Shown one piece after another: positions 8,719 through 21,026 of a DNA stretch of 64,000 nt. Each line of letters starts with the position of its first letter. Within the stretch, counting starts at the first letter, position 1. A program made the position numbers and the translations under genes. The notes below the pieces were generated by a model that worked only from the letters and a program-made list of their open reading frames with translations, had not been told where the DNA came from and ran no database searches. Origin of the DNA: an uncultured Spirochaetota bacterium (lineage in GTDB: Bacteria; Spirochaetota; Spirochaetia; SZUA-6; CAVTHK01); the NCBI GenBank assembly GCA_963734495.1, contig CAVTHK010000010.1:1-64000 (forward strand), in the 5' to 3' direction.

Positions 8719-9862
8719 GTTCATTCCCTTCGCGCGTCCGACCCTCGGGGCCGAAGAGGAGCAGGCCGCCGTGGAGGTCATCCGCAGCGGCTGGCTCACC
8801 ACCGGGCCGCAGGCGGCCCGCTTCGAGAAGGAGTTCGCCGCGTTCGTCGGCGCCAGGCACGCGCTCGCGGTCAACTCGGCGACCGCGGGCCTTCACCTCG
8901 CCCTCGAAGCCCTCGGCGTCCGGCGCGGAGACGTCGTCGCCACGACGCCCTACACGTTTACCGCCACCGCCGAGGTGATCCGCTACCTCGAAGCCGATCC
9001 GCTGTTCGTCGACATCGACCCGCGGACCTACAACATCGATCCCGACCGGCTGCGGCGCGCGGCATCGGGCAAACACCTTGCGGCCGTCATCCCCGTGCAC
9101 GTCGGCGGCCTGCCGTGCGCGCTCGACGAGCTTCGGTCCGCGGCTCCCGGCGTCCCGGTCGTGGAGGATGCGGCCCACGCGTTTCCCGTGACCGTGAACG
9201 GACGCTACGCGGGCGCGATCGGTGAGGTCGGCGTCTACTCGTTCTACGCCAACAAGACCATCACCACAGGTGAAGGCGGAATGGTCGTGACGGCCAGCGA
9301 CGACGTCGCCGGTCGGGTGCGCATCATGCGAAACCACGGCATCGACCGGGAGGCGTGGGCCCGCTACACCTCGCACGCGCCGGGCTGGAAGTACGCGGTC
9401 GTCGAGGCGGGCTACAAGTACAACCTCACCGACATCGCCGCGGCGATCGGCCGCGTGCAGCTGCGCCGCGCCCGCGAGTTCCTCGCCGGCCGCCGCCGTG
9501 TGGCGCTGGCCTACCTCGAGCGGCTCGCCGATTGCGAGTTCCTCGAGCTCCCGGTCGCTCCGCGGGAGCACGCGTGGCACCTGTTCCTGCTGCGCCTCCG
9601 CCCCGAACGCCTCTCGATCTCGCGCGACGAGTTCATCGACCGTCTCGCCGCGCTCGGAATCGGCACCTCGGTCCACTACATCCCGCTGCACGTGATGCCC
9701 TACTACCGGCAGCGCTACGGCCTCTCGCCCTCGGACTTTCCCGTCGCGCTCGACAGCTACGAGCGGACGATCAGCCTTCCCATCTACCCCGCGCTCACCG
9801 ATGCCCAGGTGGGGCGCGTCGTTGAAGCGGTCAGGCAAATCGGCTACAGTGCCGCCCGATGA
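8702..9862 (+). CDS. DegT/DnrJ/EryC1/StrS nucleotide-sugar aminotransferase
   Basis: VNSATAGLHLAL, EDAAHA, SFYANKTITTGEGGM (PLP lysine), GYKYNLTD. Confidence 0.92.
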   Translation: MSQSTEFIPFARPTLGAEEEQAAVEVIRSGWLTTGPQAARFEKEFAAFVGARHALAVNSATAGLHLALEALGVRRGDVVATTPYTFTATAEVIRYLEADPLFVDIDPRTYNIDPDRLRRAASGKHLAAVIPVHVGGLPCALDELRSAAPGVPVVEDAAHAFPVTVNGRYAGAIGEVGVYSFYANKTITTGEGGMVVTASDDVAGRVRIMRNHGIDREAWARYTSHAPGWKYAVVEAGYKYNLTDIAAAIGRVQLRRAREFLAGRRRVALAYLERLADCEFLELPVAPREHAWHLFLLRLRPERLSISRDEFIDRLAALGIGTSVHYIPLHVMPYYRQRYGLSPSDFPVALDSYERTISLPIYPALTDAQVGRVVEAVRQIGYSAAR

Positions 9863-11934
9863 GCGACGCAGGCCCCGCCCTCCAAGCGGCAGCCGCCCGG
9901 TCACCCGTTCCGCGCGGGAGGATCGTCGAAGTGCGACTGCCGGACCTCCCCGAGCGGTGCGTCGCGATTGCCGCTTCGGCGATCCCCGGCCGCAACCAGC
10001 TCTTGATCCAGGGCCTCTCGATGCCGTTCCTTGCCCAGGGCAGCGTGAGCTACGCCGGCGAGCCGGTCGTCCTGATCGCGGCACCGGACCGGGAGCTGCT
10101 GGGCGATCTGGTGCGCGGCGTGTACATCGGCTGCGAGGCCGCCGAAGCTCCTGAGCCGGAGACAGCGCGGGAGATCGCCTTCGAGCGGGGGGACCCTGAA
10201 GGGGCGTTCGCCTCGGCCGGGCGCGTCGTCGAAGGCACCTACAGCACGGGTTTCCAGGAGACGCTGGGCTCCTCGCCTCTCAGCGTGGTCGCGGCCCGCG
10301 ATGAGCGGGATATCCACGTCACGTGCCCCACCAGCGATCCCTTCGCGCTGCGGGACAATGTCGCGGCGCTGCTGGACCTGCCGACGGCCCGGGTGAGGGT
10401 GCACGCCGAGCCGGCTCTCTGTCCGATCGGCGGCCGCGAGCTCCACGCGATGCTGATGGCCGGCCACGCCGCGCTCGTGGCGCACGCCACGTCGCTCCCC
10501 GTGCGGCTGGTGTACACGCAGAAAGAGAGCCTCGCGTTCACGCCCAAGCGCGCCCCCTGCGCCGCCCGCTACAGGAGCGCTCTCGACGAGAACGGGATGC
10601 TCATGGCGATGGACGTCGAGCTCGACTTCGACGCAGGGGCTTACCCTGCTTTCTGCGCCGAAGTCCTCGAGAAGGCCGTTCTCGCCGCCTGTGGCGGCTA
10701 CCGCTGCGAGAACGTCCGCGTGCGGGCGCGGCTTCTGGCGAGCGCGCGGGCCCCTTCGGCCGCCTTCGCGGGCTCCGGGGAGCCCCAGGTCTTCTTCGCG
10801 CTCGAGCTGCACGCCGACCGCATCGCCGCCGAGACCGGCCTGACTCCGTGGGAGTGGCGCCGCCGGCAGCTCGAGGGGGCATCGGTTTTTCCCTCCGGGA
10901 TGCGCTGGAACCGCGAGGAGCCGCTCGAGCTGCTCGAGGACGTGCTGCAGCGCTCGGACTTCAGGCGCAAGTGGGCCGCGTACGAGGCGGCGCGCAAGAA
11001 GCGCGGGGCGGTCGGCGACGCGGCGGTCGCGGAGCCGGAGGGAACCTCCCCCCTCACGATCGTCGGCCGCGCCCCCGCGGCCGCTCCCGCGGAGCACGGG
11101 CCCCTGCGCGGCATCGGGCTCGCCGTCGCGTTTCACGGAATCGGCTTGCTCATCGGCGACGAGCCCTACGCTCGCTCCGCCGTGAAAGTGATGCTCGATC
11201 ACGAAAAGAAGCTCCGCATCGCGTCGTCTCAGGGCGCGGACAGGGAGGCCGAGTCGTGGATCCGGACGGCCTCGCAGATCCTCGACATTCCCGCGGAAGT
11301 CGTGGCCCTCGACCCGGTCGACACCGGCGAGGTCCCGGACTCGGGGCCCTCGAGCGGATCGCGCGTGGGCTGGGTGCTCAACGACCTGGTCGCGCAGGCC
11401 TGCCGTGCGATCAAGAGCCAGAGGCTCCGGAAGGCGCCGCCGCTGCAGGTCTCGCGCTCGCTGCGCCGGCCGTCGGGCGCGATCTGGAGCCCGGGATCGC
11501 CGCGCGGCCAGGCGTACTACGGGCTGTGCTGGGAAGCGACCGTAGTCGAGATCGAGATCGACCCCATCACGTTTCAACCCTTCTGCCGCGGCGTCTGGAC
11601 CACGCTCGAGGGCGCGGACTCCGCAGGCGAGTCGACTCTGGCGTTTCTGGAGGGAAGCGTCCTCTACAACCTCGACTACCTGCTCCTCGACAAGGGCGGG
11701 TACGAGGGGGGCGCCTGGATCGAGACGGTTCCCGGCGAGCTGCCGGTGCTCGGCATCCTCGACGCCCCGGAGATCAGGCTCAATGTCGTCGACAGGGGCA
11801 AGCACGGGTTCGGCGACCTCGCCGTCGTCGGGGCGGCCCCGGCGGCCGCGGCCGCGATCGGTCAGGCCATCGGCCGTCCGCTCTCCACGGCGCCCATCAG
11901 GCCGCCGCTGCTCGCCGGGGAGGAGGCGGGATGA
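9859..11934 (+). CDS. Xanthine dehydrogenase family molybdopterin-binding subunit, divergent
   Basis: V.YAGEPVVL, TPKR, DAGAY, AFAGSGEPQ, DT..VPDSGPSSGSR, VEIEIDPITF. Several consensus motifs are altered. Confidence 0.75.
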   Translation: MSDAGPALQAAAARSPVPRGRIVEVRLPDLPERCVAIAASAIPGRNQLLIQGLSMPFLAQGSVSYAGEPVVLIAAPDRELLGDLVRGVYIGCEAAEAPEPETAREIAFERGDPEGAFASAGRVVEGTYSTGFQETLGSSPLSVVAARDERDIHVTCPTSDPFALRDNVAALLDLPTARVRVHAEPALCPIGGRELHAMLMAGHAALVAHATSLPVRLVYTQKESLAFTPKRAPCAARYRSALDENGMLMAMDVELDFDAGAYPAFCAEVLEKAVLAACGGYRCENVRVRARLLASARAPSAAFAGSGEPQVFFALELHADRIAAETGLTPWEWRRRQLEGASVFPSGMRWNREEPLELLEDVLQRSDFRRKWAAYEAARKKRGAVGDAAVAEPEGTSPLTIVGRAPAAAPAEHGPLRGIGLAVAFHGIGLLIGDEPYARSAVKVMLDHEKKLRIASSQGADREAESWIRTASQILDIPAEVVALDPVDTGEVPDSGPSSGSRVGWVLNDLVAQACRAIKSQRLRKAPPLQVSRSLRRPSGAIWSPGSPRGQAYYGLCWEATVVEIEIDPITFQPFCRGVWTTLEGADSAGESTLAFLEGSVLYNLDYLLLDKGGYEGGAWIETVPGELPVLGILDAPEIRLNVVDRGKHGFGDLAVVGAAPAAAAAIGQAIGRPLSTAPIRPPLLAGEEAG

Positions 11935-12437
11935 TCGTCTCGTTCACGCTCAACGACGGCGTGGTGACGCTCGAGGCGCCTCCCGAGCGGAGGCTCCTCG
12001 ATCTCCTGCGGGACGACTGCGGCCTCCGCGGCACCTCCGAGGGGTGCGGCCGCGGCTACTGCGGCTCCTGTTTCGTGTTCCTGAACGGCGAGGTGGTCGC
12101 GAGCTGCCTGGTCCCGGCGTACCGGGCCTCAGGGCGGCGCGTGACGACCATCGAGAGGCTGCGGGAGGAGAAGCTGTTTACGGACATGGAGGACGCCGTG
12201 GCGGACGTCCTGCAGAAGGACTCCTGCAGGTCCGGGCTCCTGGTGACCCTGTACTCCACTCTCGGGCAGGTGGAGCGCATGAGCCGCCAGGACTTTCTCG
12301 CGGCGCTCTCGGGCAACGTGTGTCACTGCACGGGGTACGGGCAGCTCTACGATCGAATGCGGCGGTTTGCCGCGCTGAGGGCCAAGAGGTGGCAGGCACG
12401 AAGAGGCGAGTCAATGTCGCGGCTCCCGGGGATCTGA
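11931..12437 (+). CDS. Xanthine dehydrogenase family 2Fe-2S subunit
   Basis: LLDLLRDDCGLRGTSEGCGRGYCGSC...SCL and GNVCHCTGY. ATGA overlap with the upstream gene. Confidence 0.85.
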   Translation: MIVSFTLNDGVVTLEAPPERRLLDLLRDDCGLRGTSEGCGRGYCGSCFVFLNGEVVASCLVPAYRASGRRVTTIERLREEKLFTDMEDAVADVLQKDSCRSGLLVTLYSTLGQVERMSRQDFLAALSGNVCHCTGYGQLYDRMRRFAALRAKRWQARRGESMSRLPGI

Positions 12438-13279
12438 CCGACCTGCTTTGGCTGGCTGCCGAGAGGCCTGACTCCTACCTGATGGCGGGAGGCACCGACC
12501 TCATGCGGCGCCGTCCCCAGGACGGGTTCCCCGAGAGGATCATCGACCTCACCGCAGTCGCAGAGCTCGCCCGCATGAGCCGGACCGAGCGCTGGCTCGA
12601 CCTCGGGGCGACGCTGCCCCTGAGCCGGCTGCTGAGCGTCGCGAGAAACGTGCTGCCGCGGGTCGTGCTCTCGGCGGTGGCCGCCATCGGGAGCACCGCG
12701 CTGCGCAACCAGGCCACGATCGGCGGCAACTTGTGTCTCGCCAGCCCGCTCTGCGACACGCTGGCGCCGCTGTTCGCTCTCGACGCGCAGGTCGAGCTGC
12801 GCAGCAGCGGCGGCACGCGCTGGCTCCCGGTATCGCACTTTCTCGCCTCCTATGGCTCGCCGGCCCTGAGGCCCGGCGAGGTGCTCACGCGGGTGCGCGT
12901 CCCGCTCGCCGACTGGGACTTCGGCCACTTTCGCAAGGTCTCGCCCAAGGCGCCGCCTTCGCAGTCGATCCTCACCTTCTGCGGCCTGGCGCGCCTGCAG
13001 CGGGAGGTCGTGAGCGACGTGCGCTTTGCCGTGGTCGGCATCCACCGGCGCGAGCGGGGGGCGCCCATCGTCTTCCGCGACCGGGCGCTGGAGGTGGCGC
13101 TCTCGGGCCAGCACCTGCCGCTGCCCCGGCGGCTCATCGATCAGCATCGCGAGCGCTTCTACGCCGGGCTGGCGCGCAGGCCCGAGGCGCTCTCCCCCGA
13201 CAGCTACCAGGCGGCGACCGCCGCGCGGCTCTTCGCCTGGTTCCTCGACCAGCTCAACCACCTCCACCCCGTCCGCTGA
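12389..13279 (+). CDS. Xanthine dehydrogenase family FAD-binding subunit
   Basis: MAGGTDL, IGSTALRNQATIGGNL, LRPGEVL. Start codon uncertain. Confidence 0.85.
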   Translation: MAGTKRRVNVAAPGDLTDLLWLAAERPDSYLMAGGTDLMRRRPQDGFPERIIDLTAVAELARMSRTERWLDLGATLPLSRLLSVARNVLPRVVLSAVAAIGSTALRNQATIGGNLCLASPLCDTLAPLFALDAQVELRSSGGTRWLPVSHFLASYGSPALRPGEVLTRVRVPLADWDFGHFRKVSPKAPPSQSILTFCGLARLQREVVSDVRFAVVGIHRRERGAPIVFRDRALEVALSGQHLPLPRRLIDQHRERFYAGLARRPEALSPDSYQAATAARLFAWFLDQLNHLHPVR

Positions 13280-13340
13280 CCGGCCCGAGGACCTTGTACG
13301 CCCTCGGCGGGCACCGCTATAGTAGACGCGGGAGGGGGCG

Positions 13341-16772
<3,432 letters not shown>

Positions 16773-16795
16773 CCCGCGGATGTTAGGTTAGCGCC

Positions 16796-17377
16796 ATGGC
16801 AGTTGCGCTACAGGTCCTGGGTGCCTTGCTGTTCGTGTATTCGCTGCTCATCGCGCTGCGGATCATACTGACGTGGTTTCAGGGCCCTTCGTACGGGCGC
16901 GCCTGGGACCTGCTCGCCGCGGTGACCGACCCGTACCTGCGCATCTTCCGCAGGATCCGCGTGCTCCGGCAGGGCATGTTCGACTTCAGCCCCATCGCCG
17001 CGGTGCTCGTTCTCGTGATCCTGCAGCAGATTGTAATGTCGCTCTCGCTCTACGGAGGGCTGCGGTTCGGCGACGTGCTCGCCGTCATCATGCAGGCGCT
17101 CTGGGGCAGCCTTTCGTGGATCGTCCTTTTCTTCCTCGTGCTTGCCGTCGTGCGGCTGATCTCCCTCTACGCGGCGCGCAACGCGGTCGCCCCGGTCTGG
17201 CACACCCTCGACCTGATGGTGCAGCCGGTGGCGGGCTGGGTGAATCGCCTCTTCGGCGGCCGGCTCGAGTACGCTCCGTCGCTCGTCGTCACCGTGATCC
17301 TCCTGGTCGTGAGCTGGCTCGCCGGCGGCGCGATCATCGGCGTCGCGGCCAGGGCCCTGCACCGGCTGCCGTTCTAG
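16796..17377 (+). CDS. yggT: YggT family membrane protein
   Basis: RIILTWF...TDPYL...FDFSPI, hydrophobic, duplicated YggT unit. Confidence 0.85.
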   Translation: MAVALQVLGALLFVYSLLIALRIILTWFQGPSYGRAWDLLAAVTDPYLRIFRRIRVLRQGMFDFSPIAAVLVLVILQQIVMSLSLYGGLRFGDVLAVIMQALWGSLSWIVLFFLVLAVVRLISLYAARNAVAPVWHTLDLMVQPVAGWVNRLFGGRLEYAPSLVVTVILLVVSWLAGGAIIGVAARALHRLPF

Positions 17378-17443
17378 GCCGGGCCTGCGCTGCGCCCGGG
17401 CAGCGCACCGCGCGCGACGCCGCACTACGAGAGGCTGCATGAC

Positions 17444-19516
17444 ATGTATCTGCGGGAGATCAGCGACCCCGTAGACAGGCTCAAGGGGATCGGCCCCCGC
17501 AATCGCGAGGTCCTCTCTCAGGCGGGGATCCTCACCGTCGCGGACCTCCTGCTCTACCTCCCCCGCGACTACGACGACCGCACCGCCGTGCGCACGCTTA
17601 CCGAGGCGCTCGCGCTGCCTCGCGCCACCTGCGTGGTCAAGGTGATCGCGCACGACTCGGTAGGCTGGGGCCGCCGGCGGACGCTCAAGGTGTACGTCGA
17701 GGACGCAAGCGCGCGGGCGGCGCTCGTCTGCTTCAACCGCAACTTTCTCGAGCGCGTCCTCGTCCCCGGCAGGACTTTTCTCGTCTCGGGGGTCTTCCGC
17801 TACCGCTTCCAGGAGATCCAGTCCACGAGCTTCGATGCGGAGCCCTGGGATCCGGCCGCGCCGGGCCGCAGCGCCCGTATCGTGCCGGTCTACCCGCTCA
17901 CCGAGGGCCTCGCGCAACCGGCGGTCCGCCGCGCCGCGGCCGCGGCGCTGCAGGCGTACGCCGGCCGCATCGACGACGAGCTGCCGCGCGGCCTGCGCGA
18001 GCGCTACGGCATGCCGGCGCTCGCCGACGCGCTGCGCGAGGCGCACGCGCCGTCGAGCAGCCAGGCGCTCGAGCGGGCGCGCGCCGCGCTCATCTACTGG
18101 GAGCTATTCTCCCTGCAGCTCGCCATCAAGAGACGCGGCCTCAAACGCCGCGCGGAAACGCGCAAGGCGCGTCGCCCCGTCCGCGGCGATCTGCAGCGGC
18201 GGCTGCTCGCCCGCCTCCCCTTCCGCCTCACAGTCGACCAGGAGCGCGTGCTCTCGGAGATCGACGGCGACCTGTTCTCGGACCGGCCCATGACGCGCCT
18301 CATCCAGGGCGACGTCGGCTGCGGCAAGACGCTGGTGGCGCTGACGTCGGCGCTGTCCGTGATCGAGGCGGGCCAGCAGGTCGCGCTGATGGCCCCCACG
18401 GAGCTCCTCGCGCGGCAGCACGGCGACAACGCGGCGCGGCTGCTGGAGCCGATCGGGGTTTCGGTGGCGCTGCTGACCGGCGGCGTGCGCGCGGACCAGC
18501 GCGCCGCGCTGCTCGCCGCCCTCGGGCGCGGCGACGTGCAGCTCGTCGTCGGAACGCACGCGCTGTTCTCCGAGGACGTGGGCTACGCCTCCCTGGGCAT
18601 GGTCGTCGTCGACGAGCAGCACCGCTTCGGCGTCGAGCAGCGGACTGCGCTCGTGGCCAAGGGCGCGAGCCCCGACCTGCTGCTGATGACCGCGACGCCG
18701 ATCCCGCGCACCCTCGCGCTGACCGCTTTCGGCGACCTCGACATCTCCACGATCCGCATGATGCCCGAGGGCCGCCTGCCCGTCGTCACGCACCTCGCGC
18801 GCGAGGGCAACGAGGCAAAGGTCTACGAGAGCGTCCGCCGCGAGCTGGCCGCGGGCCGGCAGGCCTACTTCGTGTACCCCCTGATCGAGGAGTCCGAGAA
18901 GGTCGACCTCAAGAACGCGGAGGGCATGTTCGAGCACCTGCGCACCCGGGTTTTCCCCGAGCGCAGGCTCGCCCTCATCCATTCGCGCGTGAGCGAAGAG
19001 GACAAGCGCGAGCGCATGGAGAAATTCACCAAGGGCGAGATCGACGTGCTCGTCGCCACCAGCGTCGTCGAGGTGGGCGTCGACGTGGCCAACGCCACCT
19101 GCATGGTCATCGAGCACGCCGAGCGCTTCGGGCTGTCGGCGCTGCACCAGCTGCGCGGCCGCGTCGGCCGCGGGCGCCGGCAGTCGTACGCGTTCCTCGT
19201 CTACGGCAAGGCCCTCACCGAGGACGGCATCGCGCGCCTGAAGACGATGAAGGAAACGACCGACGGCTTCCGCATCGCCGAGGAGGACCTGCGCATCCGC
19301 GGGCCGGGCGAGCTGCTGGGGATCCGGCAGTCGGGCTACCTGCGGCTCGCGATCGCGGACCTGGTGCGCGACGCGGACGTCCTGGTGCGCGCACGCGACG
19401 ACGTCTCGGCGCTCCTCGCGTCGGACCCCGGGCTGCTGAGCGAGGAGAACCGCCCCGTGCGCGAGGTGCTCGCCAGGGCCCCGCGGTTCCGCGACGACGT
19501 GCTCGACGGGGGGTAG
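17444..19516 (+). CDS. recG: ATP-dependent DNA helicase RecG
   Basis: LIQGDVGCGKT, DEQHRFGV, MTATPIPRTL, HQLRGRVGRG, RGPGE. Confidence 0.97.
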   Translation: MYLREISDPVDRLKGIGPRNREVLSQAGILTVADLLLYLPRDYDDRTAVRTLTEALALPRATCVVKVIAHDSVGWGRRRTLKVYVEDASARAALVCFNRNFLERVLVPGRTFLVSGVFRYRFQEIQSTSFDAEPWDPAAPGRSARIVPVYPLTEGLAQPAVRRAAAAALQAYAGRIDDELPRGLRERYGMPALADALREAHAPSSSQALERARAALIYWELFSLQLAIKRRGLKRRAETRKARRPVRGDLQRRLLARLPFRLTVDQERVLSEIDGDLFSDRPMTRLIQGDVGCGKTLVALTSALSVIEAGQQVALMAPTELLARQHGDNAARLLEPIGVSVALLTGGVRADQRAALLAALGRGDVQLVVGTHALFSEDVGYASLGMVVVDEQHRFGVEQRTALVAKGASPDLLLMTATPIPRTLALTAFGDLDISTIRMMPEGRLPVVTHLAREGNEAKVYESVRRELAAGRQAYFVYPLIEESEKVDLKNAEGMFEHLRTRVFPERRLALIHSRVSEEDKRERMEKFTKGEIDVLVATSVVEVGVDVANATCMVIEHAERFGLSALHQLRGRVGRGRRQSYAFLVYGKALTEDGIARLKTMKETTDGFRIAEEDLRIRGPGELLGIRQSGYLRLAIADLVRDADVLVRARDDVSALLASDPGLLSEENRPVREVLARAPRFRDDVLDGG

Positions 19517-19567
19517 CAGCAGGCCGGGCCTGCCGCCGGCCTCCGGCGGGGCTCGCTCGAGTGGTTT

Positions 19568-19587
19568 GGCCGCGGCGGACCGCGGCC
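19568..19587. repeat. 20-bp intergenic palindrome, identical copy at 34139-34158
   Basis: GGCCGCGG-CGGA-CCGCGGCC. Confidence 0.65.
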
Positions 19588-19599
19588 GGGGGCTGATCG

Positions 19600-20121
19600 A
19601 TGAGAATCATCGCCGGGCGCTACAAAGGCCGACGCCTGCAGGTGCCGCCGGGCGACGTGCGGCCCGCCATGGACCGCATGCGCGTGTCGCTGTTCGGGAT
19701 CCTCGGCGACCTCGAGGGCTCGAGCTTTCTCGATCTCTTCTCCGGCTCTGGAGCTGTGGGGATCGAGGCGGCCTCGCGCGGGGCTTCGCCGGTCTACCTC
19801 GTGGAGAGGAATCCGAGGGCCAAGGAGGTCCTGCTGCGCAACACGGCCTTCGTGGAGACCGAGATCGTGCTGCGCCTCTTTCCCGCGGAGCTGTTCCTCA
19901 GGCGCTGCGAGCGGGAGTTCAGCATCGTCTACCTGGACCCCCCGTTCCGATACCCCGACAAGCCCGCGCTGCTCGCGCTGGCCGAGCCCGTCGTCGAGCC
20001 CGACGGAACCATGATCATCCACGCGCCCCGGGAGGACGTCCTGCCCGACACCGTGGGCCGGCTGCACCTCTCGGACCGGCGCGCGTACGGCCGATCGATC
20101 CTCAGCTTCTACGCGCCGTGA
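19600..20121 (+). CDS. rsmD: 16S rRNA m2G966 methyltransferase RsmD
   Basis: MRIIAGRYKGRRL, LDLFSGSG, EAASRGA, DPPF. Confidence 0.9.
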   Translation: MRIIAGRYKGRRLQVPPGDVRPAMDRMRVSLFGILGDLEGSSFLDLFSGSGAVGIEAASRGASPVYLVERNPRAKEVLLRNTAFVETEIVLRLFPAELFLRRCEREFSIVYLDPPFRYPDKPALLALAEPVVEPDGTMIIHAPREDVLPDTVGRLHLSDRRAYGRSILSFYAP

Positions 20122-20884
20122 TCCGGACGCCGCGGCCTGCGCCGAGCACGGCGGCCGCGTTCCCGTCCCTCACCGCGACCTCGAGCAGGCCCGCGCTGTT
20201 CCACAGCGCGAGCAGCCCGCCCGGCTCCGCGTCGCCGTAGACGCGCCGGAGGGGGCTGATCGAGCAGCCGCCGATCTCCACGCGGGAGCACTCCCGTCCG
20301 CCCAGCGCGCCCTCGTCGATGTTGCTCACCAGGTTCCCGAAGCGGTCGACGTGGATGATCTCGCCGCGCACGGCCGCGGCGAGCGGCTCGGGCTCCGGGA
20401 GGCCGAGCGGCACGAGGGAGCCGGCCTCGGGCCCCAGGGCCCCGAGGGGGCGTCCGCACGCCAGGGCCGCCGCGGCGGGGGCGAAGATGTCCCGGCCGTG
20501 GAAGGTCGCGCTCGCCGGGGCGCTCCGGTCGAGACGGGCGGGCTCGATGACCCGGACCTCCTCGAGCGGCATGCGGCGCAGGGCGAGCCAGAGCAGCCCG
20601 TTGTCGGGCGCTACGAAGAGGTGTCCGCCCGCGCGCGCGGCAATCGGCCTGCGGGCCGTGCCCACGCCGGGATCGACCACGGCCAGGTGGACACTGCCCG
20701 CGGGGAACCACGGCGCGGCCTGCGCGAGAAAGAACGCCCCTTCGATCACGTCCCGCGGCCCGATCTCGTGGGAAAGATCCACGAGCGAGACGCCCGCGCA
20801 GGCACTGAGCAGCACGCCCTTTACCGCGGCCGCGTAGGGGTCGCGGTTGCCGAAGTCGGTGGTCAGCGTCACGATCTTCGCCAT
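20102..20884 (-). CDS. SAM hydroxide adenosyltransferase / chlorinase-fluorinase family (DUF62)
   Basis: TLTTDFG, VVDPGVGT, APDNGLL, SATFHGRDIFAP, DRFGNL. Confidence 0.9.
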   Translation of the reverse strand: MAKIVTLTTDFGNRDPYAAAVKGVLLSACAGVSLVDLSHEIGPRDVIEGAFFLAQAAPWFPAGSVHLAVVDPGVGTARRPIAARAGGHLFVAPDNGLLWLALRRMPLEEVRVIEPARLDRSAPASATFHGRDIFAPAAAALACGRPLGALGPEAGSLVPLGLPEPEPLAAAVRGEIIHVDRFGNLVSNIDEGALGGRECSRVEIGGCSISPLRRVYGDAEPGGLLALWNSAGLLEVAVRDGNAAAVLGAGRGVRITARRS

Positions 20885-21026
20885 AGGACCCAAGCTTACG
20901 GGTGCGGGGCGCCCCGCGCAAAGGCTTGGGCCAGCCCCAAAGGCCTGGGCCGGCGCAAAACCATTTGGGCCTGCTCAAAGTCAAGGTTGCGGCGGGGTCG
21001 CCTATGCACTAAGCTCCGGCTCAAGG

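Noticed and set aside
20102-20884. Fluorinase/chlorinase natural-product locus
   Set aside because: The DUF62 gene has no biosynthetic neighbours and is most likely the widespread SAM hydroxide adenosyltransferase.
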